From the NCBI GenBank assembly GCA_963695855.1, contig CAVOHZ010000003.1, forward strand, positions 32,001-96,000: a DNA stretch of 64,000 nt, written 5' to 3'. A program made the translations under genes and the position numbers. Source of the DNA: an uncultured Nitrososphaerales archaeon (GTDB lineage: Archaea > Thermoproteota > Nitrososphaeria > Nitrososphaerales > Nitrososphaeraceae). Shown piece by piece: positions 1-9,779 of the stretch (positions within the stretch are counted from its first letter, which is position 1; each line of letters starts with the position of its first letter). The notes below the pieces were generated by a model. The model saw only the letters and a list, made by a program, of their open reading frames with translations, was not told the origin of the DNA and did not search any database.

Positions 1-316
1 AAGATTATAACAAGAACCGTTTGTGGTCACATCTTGGTAAAGCTTAATATGAATTTATATCACTTAGCATATATTACTGATACACATATTTGACACTAAA
101 TTATTGATTGTATTTTTTTGGTTTGTATTTATTCCATTAGTAGGGTAACATACAGATAAATCTTATAACAATATGTATAAAATTTGTAATTGTTATATGT
201 GGAAAATGAATAGTACAATTCTATAATTTGGCAAATTAATCCTTATATAAAAAACCTAATATGAATACAGGGTTGTATCACATTATTTTTAAACTTTTAA
301 TTAATTAAATACTTCA

Positions 317-1321
317 TTGAAGAAAGTCTCTCGTACGGAATTAATTTCCAATAAAAAGAATATAAAGCTTATCTTGTTAATTTTTATTTCTGCTGTATTT
401 TCTGTTATAATAATCAATCTTGCTCAAACTGCTAACGGGGACAATACGTATCAAACAAATAATTTTAATATTGCAGTTGCATCAGATTGGGGATGTAATG
501 AAGACGCTAAAAAGACTTCAGAAAATATCCAAAACCATAATGCTGAACTTGTGATTGCAGGTGGTGATCTTAGTTATGAAGCGTCTGCAGATTGTTGGTT
601 TAAAATTATTTCGCCCTTCAAATCAAAATTAAAGGTATCTCTGGGAGATCATGAATATCATGAAACGACTGGCGGGATCCAAGGAGTTTTAGAAAATTAT
701 TTGAAACCGCTACACATACAAAAAACGTACTATTCTTTCGATATAAATAAAGTTCACATCATTGCAATGGATCCCTATATTGATTATGGTACTAATTCTG
801 ATCAATATCAATTTATCGAATCTGATTTAAAAAAAGTATCTCAGAATCCAAAAATAGATTGGATATTTGTTATAGAACATATCCCAATGTATACATCACC
901 TTCTGAACATCCTGCTGATGTAACCATTAGAGACACATATCATAATTTATTTGATAAATATGGTGTTGATTTAGTATTTAGTGGAGATAACCATAACTAT
1001 CAAAGAACTTTTCCACTAAAATATAACAATAATGGTGACAATTCTAATCCCATAGTATCCAATAAAAATACAAATGATTATAACAATGATGATGGAGTTA
1101 TCTATATTATTTCTGGTACTGCAGGAAGATCTCATTATGCAATTAAAGAACAATCATCTTTTGTTTCTAAACAAGATGATAAAAATTTTGGATTTCTAAA
1201 TATTGATATAAAATCGGATAAAACACTAACTGCTAGTTTCTATGCAAATGAAGATAGTTTTAATAATGATAAAAATAACAAAAACGTTATAGATAGATTT
1301 ACCATTTCGAAGATGACTTAA
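317..1321 (+). CDS. Secreted/membrane-anchored metallophosphoesterase (purple acid phosphatase-like), variant metal ligands
   Basis: N-terminal hydrophobic segment; motifs SDWG, GDLSY, GDHE, EHIP, SGDNH versus PAP consensus DxG, GDxxY, GNH(D/E), H, GHxH. Confidence 0.85.
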   Translation: MKKVSRTELISNKKNIKLILLIFISAVFSVIIINLAQTANGDNTYQTNNFNIAVASDWGCNEDAKKTSENIQNHNAELVIAGGDLSYEASADCWFKIISPFKSKLKVSLGDHEYHETTGGIQGVLENYLKPLHIQKTYYSFDINKVHIIAMDPYIDYGTNSDQYQFIESDLKKVSQNPKIDWIFVIEHIPMYTSPSEHPADVTIRDTYHNLFDKYGVDLVFSGDNHNYQRTFPLKYNNNGDNSNPIVSNKNTNDYNNDDGVIYIISGTAGRSHYAIKEQSSFVSKQDDKNFGFLNIDIKSDKTLTASFYANEDSFNNDKNNKNVIDRFTISKMT

Positions 1322-1474
1322 CCATATGACAGAAATAGAAGTATAAAGTACGTGTAACACTTGTGGTAGGATAATACGGTGTTGGAAATCAGAAAATATT
1401 GACATGATGTTTATCTGCAGACATAAAAAAATAAAAATGTACCTAAATATGTTTACAATTTATTGGTGATATAA

Positions 1475-3023
1475 TTGGTTGAATGGTTAAAAATTAAAGG
1501 CGATGAAAAAAATAAATTTCTTTTACTTCTACTTCCTTTAATTTTAAGTGCAGTTATCAACACCTGGAATATAACAGGTTTTCCTAATTTACACGTTGAT
1601 GAAGGATATTACATGTGGAAAACAATGTCTATACTTCAGGGTCAAGGTCTCCTAACATCAGATAGCTATTTGGATAGATATTTTGCTCCTTATTTTGGTC
1701 CGATATTTTTAGCAGGTCTTCTTGGAATGATAGGATATCCTGATATAGTTAATCCAACTCTTGATACTGCTTCGATAGAATCACTTTATTTAATCCCACG
1801 ATTAATTATGAGTATTTTTGCAATCTTAGATACTTTTCTTATCTTTAAAATAGCTGAAAAAAGATATGACATAAAAATAGCATTTATAGCAGCGGTTCTT
1901 TTTGCTGTAATGCCATACGAATGGTTACTTAAGAGAATATTTCTGGAAACAATCCAGTTGCCTCTGCTCTTGACGTCAATATTGCTAGTACTCTTATCTG
2001 AAAAAGATCCCAGATGAAACAAAAAATACCAAAGCTGAAATAAAAAATACTATTTTGATTCTATTTTCAGGTGCTCTATTAGGTTTGGCTATATTTACAA
2101 AAATCCCTATTTTTGCAATGATTCCACTAATAGGATATCTTATTTATGCAAATACCAATAAAAAAAATAAATTTAAGAGTCTTGGATTGTGGCTTATTCC
2201 AGTCATTTTAATTCCTATGTTATGGCCTGCTTTTGCTTTTTCTATAGGCGAATTTGATAAGTGGATTGAAGATGTCTTACAACAAACTCAACGAGAGAGT
2301 AAACCACTTGTTAATACACTTACAACATACCTTGAAAATGATCCCGCAATGTTTTTGTTGGGATTAGCAGGAATAGTGAATGCAGCTATTAGACGAGATT
2401 ATTTTATATTGTTATTTAGTCTTCCTTTCATCTTATTTTTATACTGGATTGGTTATGTATCAACTTTTCATATAATACCTCTTTTTCCGGTATTTGCAAT
2501 TGGTGGTGCCAAAATGATAATTGATTTAACAAATTTAGTACCAAATCTAAAATTTTGTAAAACTATCCCATATGTTATTTTATCTGCTATTGCTGTATTT
2601 TGTCTCATCTCTACATTTCTTTTGATCTCGATTGATACAAACTCTGTAGTATTTCAAACACATTTAGCTGTAATCCAGGAGTTACAAAAGACTAATGGAA
2701 CTATTACTCTTGTTGGAAATGCACTTTATTTATGGATGCCACACTATATTTTTGATCTACCTTATAAAACTGCAAGTTTCGATTCGACTAATCCTCTAGA
2801 TAGTGAACATTTCATCCTAATAGCTGATCCCAGATATAAAGCGATCATAAAAGAAAACAGTCCTCGAGGAATTTTTCATAAAGACCTGTTTCTACAATCT
2901 CAAATAATTGAAACAATCAAACCGGATCATCCAATTAAAAAATACAAGCTCAATATTTATCCATATACAAATTTAAGACAATCATCAATAGTAAGAGATG
3001 TAGAAATACGATCTAACTACTAA
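1475..3023 (+). pseudogene. GT-C fold (ArnT/PMT, family 39/83-like) glycosyltransferase split by a +1 frameshift near 2001-2015
   Basis: ORF 1475-2017 has the DEGYY motif and TM helices; ORF 2055-3023 continues with GLAIFTK and more TMs; the downstream frame is open back to ~1998, so removing one A from the A5 run at 2001-2005 fuses them. Could be a sequencing error. Confidence 0.75.
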
Positions 3024-3404
3024 CTGTTTTGAGTTTAAGTCAATTAAATCAATCAATCTTTTATCGATTATAGTTATAGTGAATGACATCTTGAGGATGT
3101 AGAAAAATTAAATCTTGTCTTTATAAATCCTAATCAAGTCTTTCCATTTATTTTTTCAGCAACTGTATCTCCCAAAAATTGGTTACTATTATAGTAATAA
3201 TAAATTATATTTATTACTATTAAATTAACTACTGTGTATTATAAATAAGATATATGTGTTATTCACTTTTACATATCATTTGGTAACAGAAGAACCAATG
3301 TTAAAAATTCCAAAAAAAACTTCTCAAATAATCGTATCATATTACAATAATGAAATTATTTTATTATAATTTTGTAACATTAGTCACATTTAGAGTATTC
3401 TGTT

Positions 3405-4556
3405 CTATCCCACAGGCTTGAATACTTGAATAGTATTGGCTGCCCTATCTGAAACATACACATTTCCATCCGAATCTATTGCAAGGTGTTCTGGATCAGT
3501 AAATTGACCATCGCCATTTCCCAAGGATCCAAATTTTGTAATAAAACGACCATCGGCATCAAACTTTTTGACGCTAGGTTTGCCACTGCCAGTATCGCCA
3601 AGTTGTGGGTCATTAACGTAAATGTTATCATATTTGTCTGTAGCCATATGTTCTACTTCTGAAAACTGGTTATCGCCGGTTCCTGTCGAACCGAATTTTA
3701 AGAGAAAATTGCCATTGCTATCAAATTTTTGAACTCTGTCGGTTCCTCTATCATTTACAATTATATTACCTTTTGAATCTATTATAACAGTAACAGGCAG
3801 AATAAATTGGCCATCGCCGCTACCTAGAGTTCCCCAGCTCTTGACAAATTTACCGCTAGGATCAAATTTTTGGATACGGTTATTCTTTGAATCAACAACA
3901 TAGAGAAATTTTATATCTTTGTCCACAGCAATTTGTCTTGGATTATTGAATTCACCTGGTTTTGTACCAAAAGAACCAAATTTAAATAGAAAGTTACCAT
4001 CTTTGTCAAATTTTTGAATACGATGATTTCCTCTATCAGCAATCCAGACGTCACCTTTGGCATCAACATCAACACTATATGGTACAGTAAATTCACCATC
4101 TCCTTTTCCTTTTGATCCCCATTTCTTTATAAAGTTGCCATCTTTATCAAATATCTGAATACGATTACCATCTCTATCTACAGTATAGAGATATTTTTCT
4201 GTAGGATCAAAGTCAAGGTCATGAACTCGTTGGAATTGGCCATCTCCAGTTCCGTTTGATCCCCATTTTTTAACAAATTGATATACTGTAGCATTTGGAT
4301 CAAATGCGCTTGCGCTCTGAACGAGCATCATAGACAAAACCAACATACTTGTTATAATAAGAAGAGAACTAGAAAGATAGTAAATGTAATGATTAATGTT
4401 ACAATTAATATTACAATTAAGATTTGATTTCATATCACTTACTTTCATAGTTACCATTTTTGGGACAATAGAAAAATAGATTTTTACAATCCATTTTGAA
4501 TATAAATCAAAAAATGAATTTGAATTATAATTAAAATATTTTTGTTTCATAAACAT
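3405..4556 (-). CDS. Secreted 6-bladed NHL-repeat beta-propeller protein (true start probably downstream of 4556)
   Basis: Repeated GxGDGQF..P..IAVD..GNVYV.D..N.RIQKFD units after a hydrophobic signal ending ASA. Confidence 0.9.
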   Translation of the reverse strand: MFMKQKYFNYNSNSFFDLYSKWIVKIYFSIVPKMVTMKVSDMKSNLNCNINCNINHYIYYLSSSLLIITSMLVLSMMLVQSASAFDPNATVYQFVKKWGSNGTGDGQFQRVHDLDFDPTEKYLYTVDRDGNRIQIFDKDGNFIKKWGSKGKGDGEFTVPYSVDVDAKGDVWIADRGNHRIQKFDKDGNFLFKFGSFGTKPGEFNNPRQIAVDKDIKFLYVVDSKNNRIQKFDPSGKFVKSWGTLGSGDGQFILPVTVIIDSKGNIIVNDRGTDRVQKFDSNGNFLLKFGSTGTGDNQFSEVEHMATDKYDNIYVNDPQLGDTGSGKPSVKKFDADGRFITKFGSLGNGDGQFTDPEHLAIDSDGNVYVSDRAANTIQVFKPVG

Positions 4557-4608
4557 ATATAGAGATGATTAACATAGTTTAAAAATTATATGATACAACT
4601 GTATAACT

Positions 4609-5285
4609 GAGGCCGGGTCATAATTATTCCATTTTCATAAAGAATAAAGCTAGTTTATTGGTGTATGATGTTTTGGTGAAAAACTATCATTCAATCCAAC
4701 AAACTAGCACAGAAAAGATCTACATCTATTCTAATTAGTATTTTGTATTTGATTGGTTTGATTAGTTGGCCACATAATAATAGAGGAGGAGGAGGTGGGC
4801 GTGGTAGACCATATTTCTATCCTTCTACTGTTATACTACGATGTTTTATAGTACGTATCTGGTTTAGATTGGATTTGAACAGAGCATTATATGAGTACCT
4901 TGCAATGGACCTATCATATAACAGAAAGGTAATAATGAAGGGATGTGGACTATCCAGAATACCAGGCAGAAGAACATTTGATAGACGTCTTGCTACACTA
5001 TCTGATGATATCAAAAACAGGATTACTACAATGCGTGAACTTTTTGTTCGCGATAAAATAATCGATACATCTATCCTCTCAGCAGACAGTGCCCTTATCA
5101 AGGCTAGAGGTTATGTCTGGCACAAATCATCTATGGAAGAGGGAGTAGTACCACATTCTGGTATTGATACAGATGCAATGTGGGGATTCAGCCATACAAA
5201 GGAGGGTTGGATATTTGGATACAAATTACATTTGATATCAAGTACTGGTGGTTTGATAATTGTACCTTTGGCAGTTAGAGCATAA
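4609..5285 (+). mobile_element. Truncated IS with DDE_Tnp_1-type transposase fragment (ORF 4743-5285)
   Basis: RGRP, SRRTFDRRL-like, ADS, DTDA.WG and GYKLHL motifs; putative end GAGGCCGGGTCATAAT at ~4609; C-terminal catalytic part missing. Confidence 0.75.
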
Positions 5286-5347
5286 CTTACTGTCTGATTT
5301 GGATTTACTGGACTTGTTCACATATAGTTAGATCTTTAGTTAACTTA

Positions 5348-5670
5348 ACATCCATGAAAATCTCCATCTGTATTAGGTCATCCTTATGTTCCTGTCAAGC
5401 GTAATATTATATAATATTTGTAGTATTAAAAATTATCTAAAATAGCCTATCCTAGATATGTTTCTTTACATTATTTTTATTTTCTTTTTTTCTTTTATTT
5501 TTTATATAGCTTGCAGGCGGCAAACATCCCTCCACCTTCTTTATGATGTGCTTGTATAGCCGCTCGGATATTGGGTCAGTGAGAGCCTCACTCTGATACG
5601 GAGTATGTTAAGTTTGAACCTAGCCTGTATACAAGAGGGATTGGTACCCAATAAAGATTTTCATGTAGTC
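5348..5670 (-). mobile_element. Putative non-autonomous IS110-family derivative (ends plus structured non-coding region, no transposase)
   Basis: Perfect 11-bp inverted repeat CATGAAAATCT (5353-5363) / AGATTTTCATG (5655-5665); GC-richer hairpin-forming block 5510-5690; TTGACA near the other end on the minus strand. Confidence 0.45.
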
Positions 5671-5752
5671 AGAGCCGATTCTGCTTCTATTTTTTTCAAA
5701 CTTGAGATAACATAATTATCAAAATACAGGCGGATATAAAACACTATTTTTC

Positions 5753-6871
5753 TCACTTAATTATTTTGAATTCATCTAACACTTCGCCGTCATTGGAATA
5801 GTATTTACCTATTAAAGTATTTGCGTTATTTTGAAAATCGATATCCAAAAATCCATAATTTGAATCCTGTTGAAATACTATAAATGGTTCCTGGTTGGTA
5901 AAAGCATCAAAATTAACTCCACCAGTTCCTACAACTATCTGAAACATTCCTTTAGGGGATGTGTATTCAGTTTTGCCGTTATCGTTAATAATTGGTTGTG
6001 CTGGATTTTTTTCATTATAAGATAGAGGATATGTTCTTTGATAATTATGGGCATGGCCACTAAACAGTAAATCAACTCCATATTTTTCAAACAGGGGATG
6101 GTATGTATCTCTCAATTTTTTTATTGGTTCACAAGAGTCATGAAGTCCACAAAGTGAAGAATATTGCTGTCTATGAGTCATAACGATAATCCACTTTATA
6201 TCCGGATTTTTTGATGCTTGTAACAGATCTTTATCAACATATTCATATTGTTCTGTTTCTTCAGCATCTGAGAAACGATCTTCTTCACCAGCATTATATG
6301 TAGATTCAGAAGACATCATTAGAAAATGTATGTTCTTGTAATTAAACGAGTAATATTCCCCGGGTAATCCAAAGTTTTCCATATATTGTTCGAAAATGGT
6401 AGGCGACATGTAATCATGATTACCAATTACTGACTTCATTTTGTCAGATATTGGTTTAACTATGTCTAACCAACAATTCATATCAGTGCCATAGGATGTA
6501 TCTCCAAGACTGAAGACTATCTCTGGATTGTGATCTTGAATAGAATCTACTGTCTTTTTAGTATCTTTAGTGCAACCCCAATCACCAACTATTGCAAAAT
6601 TGAAATTAGACGAATTTTTTTCATCCTCAAACTGTTCATTTTTTTCCTTAAAAGCCATATTTTGACTTTTAGAATCTGCACTTTCAGAGTTTTCACTTTT
6701 ATGCGATGAAGTGCTTTTACCGCTATAGTCATTAGGGTCATAATATTCTTCTAATGGCAATTCAAAAATATTATCATCTTTGGAAAATGCATTTTTTAAT
6801 GAAATATGAGTAGAAAGTAATAACGATAAACACAAAGAAATGATTAATATTTTATTATATTTATTTAACAC
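5753..6871 (-). CDS. Secreted metallophosphoesterase (purple acid phosphatase-like)
   Basis: Signal peptide; GDWG, GDTSY, GNHD, THRQ, GHAH motifs. Confidence 0.9.
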   Translation of the reverse strand: MLNKYNKILIISLCLSLLLSTHISLKNAFSKDDNIFELPLEEYYDPNDYSGKSTSSHKSENSESADSKSQNMAFKEKNEQFEDEKNSSNFNFAIVGDWGCTKDTKKTVDSIQDHNPEIVFSLGDTSYGTDMNCWLDIVKPISDKMKSVIGNHDYMSPTIFEQYMENFGLPGEYYSFNYKNIHFLMMSSESTYNAGEEDRFSDAEETEQYEYVDKDLLQASKNPDIKWIIVMTHRQQYSSLCGLHDSCEPIKKLRDTYHPLFEKYGVDLLFSGHAHNYQRTYPLSYNEKNPAQPIINDNGKTEYTSPKGMFQIVVGTGGVNFDAFTNQEPFIVFQQDSNYGFLDIDFQNNANTLIGKYYSNDGEVLDEFKIIK

Positions 6872-7360
6872 GTTAAGATAAAATTTTTATGGTTTAAATA
6901 TTTTTGTAATAAATGGGTTTTAATATTGACCCAGTACAAATTTATTAATTAAATTTAAGGAAAACACTATCGATAAAAATATTACTCAAAATTTTATAGA
7001 AACATTGAAAAAATATTAAAAACAGGGCCAAGAATGTGTCTTTGCGATACTAATTGGAGAAGATATAGATCAAGATAGTTATGATTTTAATTAATAAGAA
7101 TGAACATAAAATTAATAACGAAAATATAATCGTAATAGAAAAGGTTCTTCGAATTCTGTTTTATTAAATTTAAATAAAATATTAAACTAATCAATATTTT
7201 GTTGATTTATATGAATTAACAGTCTGATTCCAGTATATCTTTCAATTTCGTATGCAGAATTCATATTAATGGAAGTGTATCATATAGCAAAGAACATTGT
7301 TCTTGTTTTAAAATATCATTAATCCCTTACCGATTTCATAAACAGAATCTCAGCTTAATT

Positions 7361-7742
7361 TCAGGATGAAAAGATTTGACTTGAATATGCGAAACTATAT
7401 GTAGGAAGGTTTCTCCAATGTTCATATACTACTCGTTCCTAATAGGATTAGCTGGTGAATAATAGCATTCTCCCATACGCACCAATAGTGCACCGTGGCT
7501 TTGCGCTAGTAGTAGCCAGACCTAACCTACAGATGACATCCATAATAGTTGTCATATAATAATAACAATATGATGATGCAAGAAACCAGGAGGTCCTAAC
7601 ACTATATTATTATCCATCCAGTCTAAAGGGACGATCTTTCTTTAGCATAACATATATCACACGCATCAATTTTCTTGCTGCTGCAATTATGGCAATTTTG
7701 TTGTTCCTCTTTCTATTCTTTATCTTGTTGCAATGTACTGTT
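7361..7742 (-). mobile_element. IS110-family remnant: transposase C-terminus (~7612-7742) plus ~250 bp 3' non-coding end
   Basis: Minus strand reads KIKNRKRNNKIAIIAAARKLMRVIYVMLKKDRPFRLDG*, the typical IS110 C-terminal A.IA.ARKL..IY.ML motif; cut off at the IS6 end. Confidence 0.75.
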
Positions 7743-8462
7743 GGTGCTGTTAACTTAAGGAAAGAGATATAGCTGCGAACGTTCTATTCTAACAATATAT
7801 GTTGTTAAGATTTGTCAGAAATAGAACATCTACGGGTATAGTAATGTATTCTTTGTATTTGTACTTTCTTGGTCACAGTCTACTAAATACATCCATAGCA
7901 TTGCAACCTTTTAAGGATCAAAAAAGAAGTTATGTTGCTGCATGGGATTGGATTCAACAGTTTGGTTCATGTCAGATCTATAACAAGTAAAGAAGAATTT
8001 CTGCATTCATTATAGATGAGAATATAATTCAGATTGGTAGTCAACATTTTTGGTTGTGGATCTGTATAGAACCTGTTCATAAATCATACTTGGAATCTAC
8101 ATTTCTAGAGAAACATGTTTGTAGCAGAGAATTTTATTAGATCGCATGTATCAAGGTATGGAAAACATACAGTTTACACAGATGGTGGCGGTACGTGGTA
8201 TCCACAAGCATGTAACTTTTTAAATCCAAAACATCGATTGCATTCACCTTAAGAGAAGAGCTTTATAGAAAGAGTGATGCAGTATTTCAAGGATAGGACA
8301 TAATGTTTTGATGATTACTATCCTTGTAATAATAATAAACAAAATTGTGATCTACAGCATGTATACAATTGGATCAAATTATTTGTTCATCTGTATAATG
8401 CAAAAATTAGAAACAATATTGTACCAAAATTGGAGGCTAAATAGTCTTAAGTCAACACAGCC
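7743..8462 (+). mobile_element. IS6-family element (720 bp), transposase inactivated
   Basis: Imperfect terminal IRs GGTGCTGTTAACTTAAG / GGCTGTGTTGACTTAAG (reverse complement); fragments FIIDE, LWICIEP, VYTDGG, IERVMQYFKDRT with stops and frameshifts. Confidence 0.85.
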
Positions 8463-8643
8463 TGATTTTAGTGTAGAATTTTGGTATTATTTTTAAATTC
8501 AATTATAAATATATACGATGATTCTATCTTTTTAAGATATTTGTTATAAATTTATTCTAAATGATTTACATAAATGCCTTTTTAACATAACAAATCTCAT
8601 TTTGTTATTGTGATACAATTCCGTCAACGAAAAGAAAAATATA

Positions 8644-8934
8644 TCATTTCTTTATGATAGCAAAAAAGAAGAACAAAGTAACTAAAGTTGTTATTGATGC
8701 AGCAAAAAACTCTAATAGAGAATAAGATTGTAATATAGGATAAAAATCTTCAAGAGCTTCAAAGTATAAATAAAAAGTAAAAGATACAAATGCAAATACC
8801 GCATAAAGGATTTTCTTGACACCTTTTTTCCTATATGCGTAAATAGAGAGAGCTGAAATAATCGTAGATAGTATTGCACTTGAAAAATATACGATTCCTT
8901 CCAGTTGATCTATATTTACCAATTGAAAAATCAT
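8644..8934 (-). CDS. Small 3-TM membrane protein co-transcribed with the wHTH regulator
   Basis: Three hydrophobic helices; ATG at 8934 lies 10 bp after the regulator stop. Confidence 0.7.
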   Translation of the reverse strand: MIFQLVNIDQLEGIVYFSSAILSTIISALSIYAYRKKGVKKILYAVFAFVSFTFYLYFEALEDFYPILQSYSLLEFFAASITTLVTLFFFFAIIKK

Positions 8935-8944
8935 AAAAAAAGAT

Positions 8945-9484
8945 CTACTTTTTATCTTCGTCTGATAGCAATAGAAATATTTCTGCAAGGCTGTTAGCCC
9001 ATCTATCCCAAACACCTTTGTAATAATTTTTTAATAATCTGATTATTTCAGGAATGTTAGAGTACTCACTATTATTGACCGAATACCTGATAAATTTTCC
9101 ATCTTTTTTTTCAGTTATCACACCATAAGAAATCAATCTCTCAATGTGCCAATTGGTCGCTGAATAAGAAATATTTAAATGAGATGCTATTTCACCTTTC
9201 GTAGGATTTTTCTTTTCGATTATATACAAAAGAAGATTTCGTAAAGAATTATGACTTAATATTTGCAACAACTCCTTCTCATGTTCTTGAAATATCCCAT
9301 ATGGATAATAAAATTTGTAGAAACCTTTCCTCAAAGAAATAATTTTTCCATCTTTTTCTAGCTTATTCAATTGATATTGAATTGTTCCCATAGAGAACCC
9401 TAATTCCTTTTTTATGCCTCGAAAATGACATCCAGGATGATTTTTTACAAAATCTAAGACTCTTGAACTATTATCTTGCTCCAA
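8945..9484 (-). CDS. Double winged-helix (ArsR/MarR-like) transcriptional regulator
   Basis: HPGCHFRGIKKELGFSMGTIQYQLNKLE and second HTH EIASHLNISYSATNWHIERL. Confidence 0.85.
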   Translation of the reverse strand: MEQDNSSRVLDFVKNHPGCHFRGIKKELGFSMGTIQYQLNKLEKDGKIISLRKGFYKFYYPYGIFQEHEKELLQILSHNSLRNLLLYIIEKKNPTKGEIASHLNISYSATNWHIERLISYGVITEKKDGKFIRYSVNNSEYSNIPEIIRLLKNYYKGVWDRWANSLAEIFLLLSDEDKK

Positions 9485-9779
9485 TGCTACTAGACCTTAT
9501 AATATTCAGGATAAAATCTTTGGCATATAAAGTATAAGAAATAAAAATTAGTACATCTGTGTAAGTATCTAGGCTAATAAGACTATTAGAATATCATCCA
9601 CAGTCATCTTTTTGTACCACATAACTTTTAAAGGGTAAGCAATTAAAATTGAAGGTGCAAATTTCGAGAAATTTATTTAATGTTAACGCAAGTTATTTTA
9701 CCTCCGCTCTGTATGATATTACATTGAAAAAATCATCTTTATTTCTATTGCATGACAGGTCCTATTTGGTTCATTTACT

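Noticed and set aside
5510-5690. Group II intron fragment or TnpB omega-RNA
   Set aside because: No domain V/VI consensus and no RT or TnpB remnant; the flanking 11-bp IR fits an IS110-like unit better.
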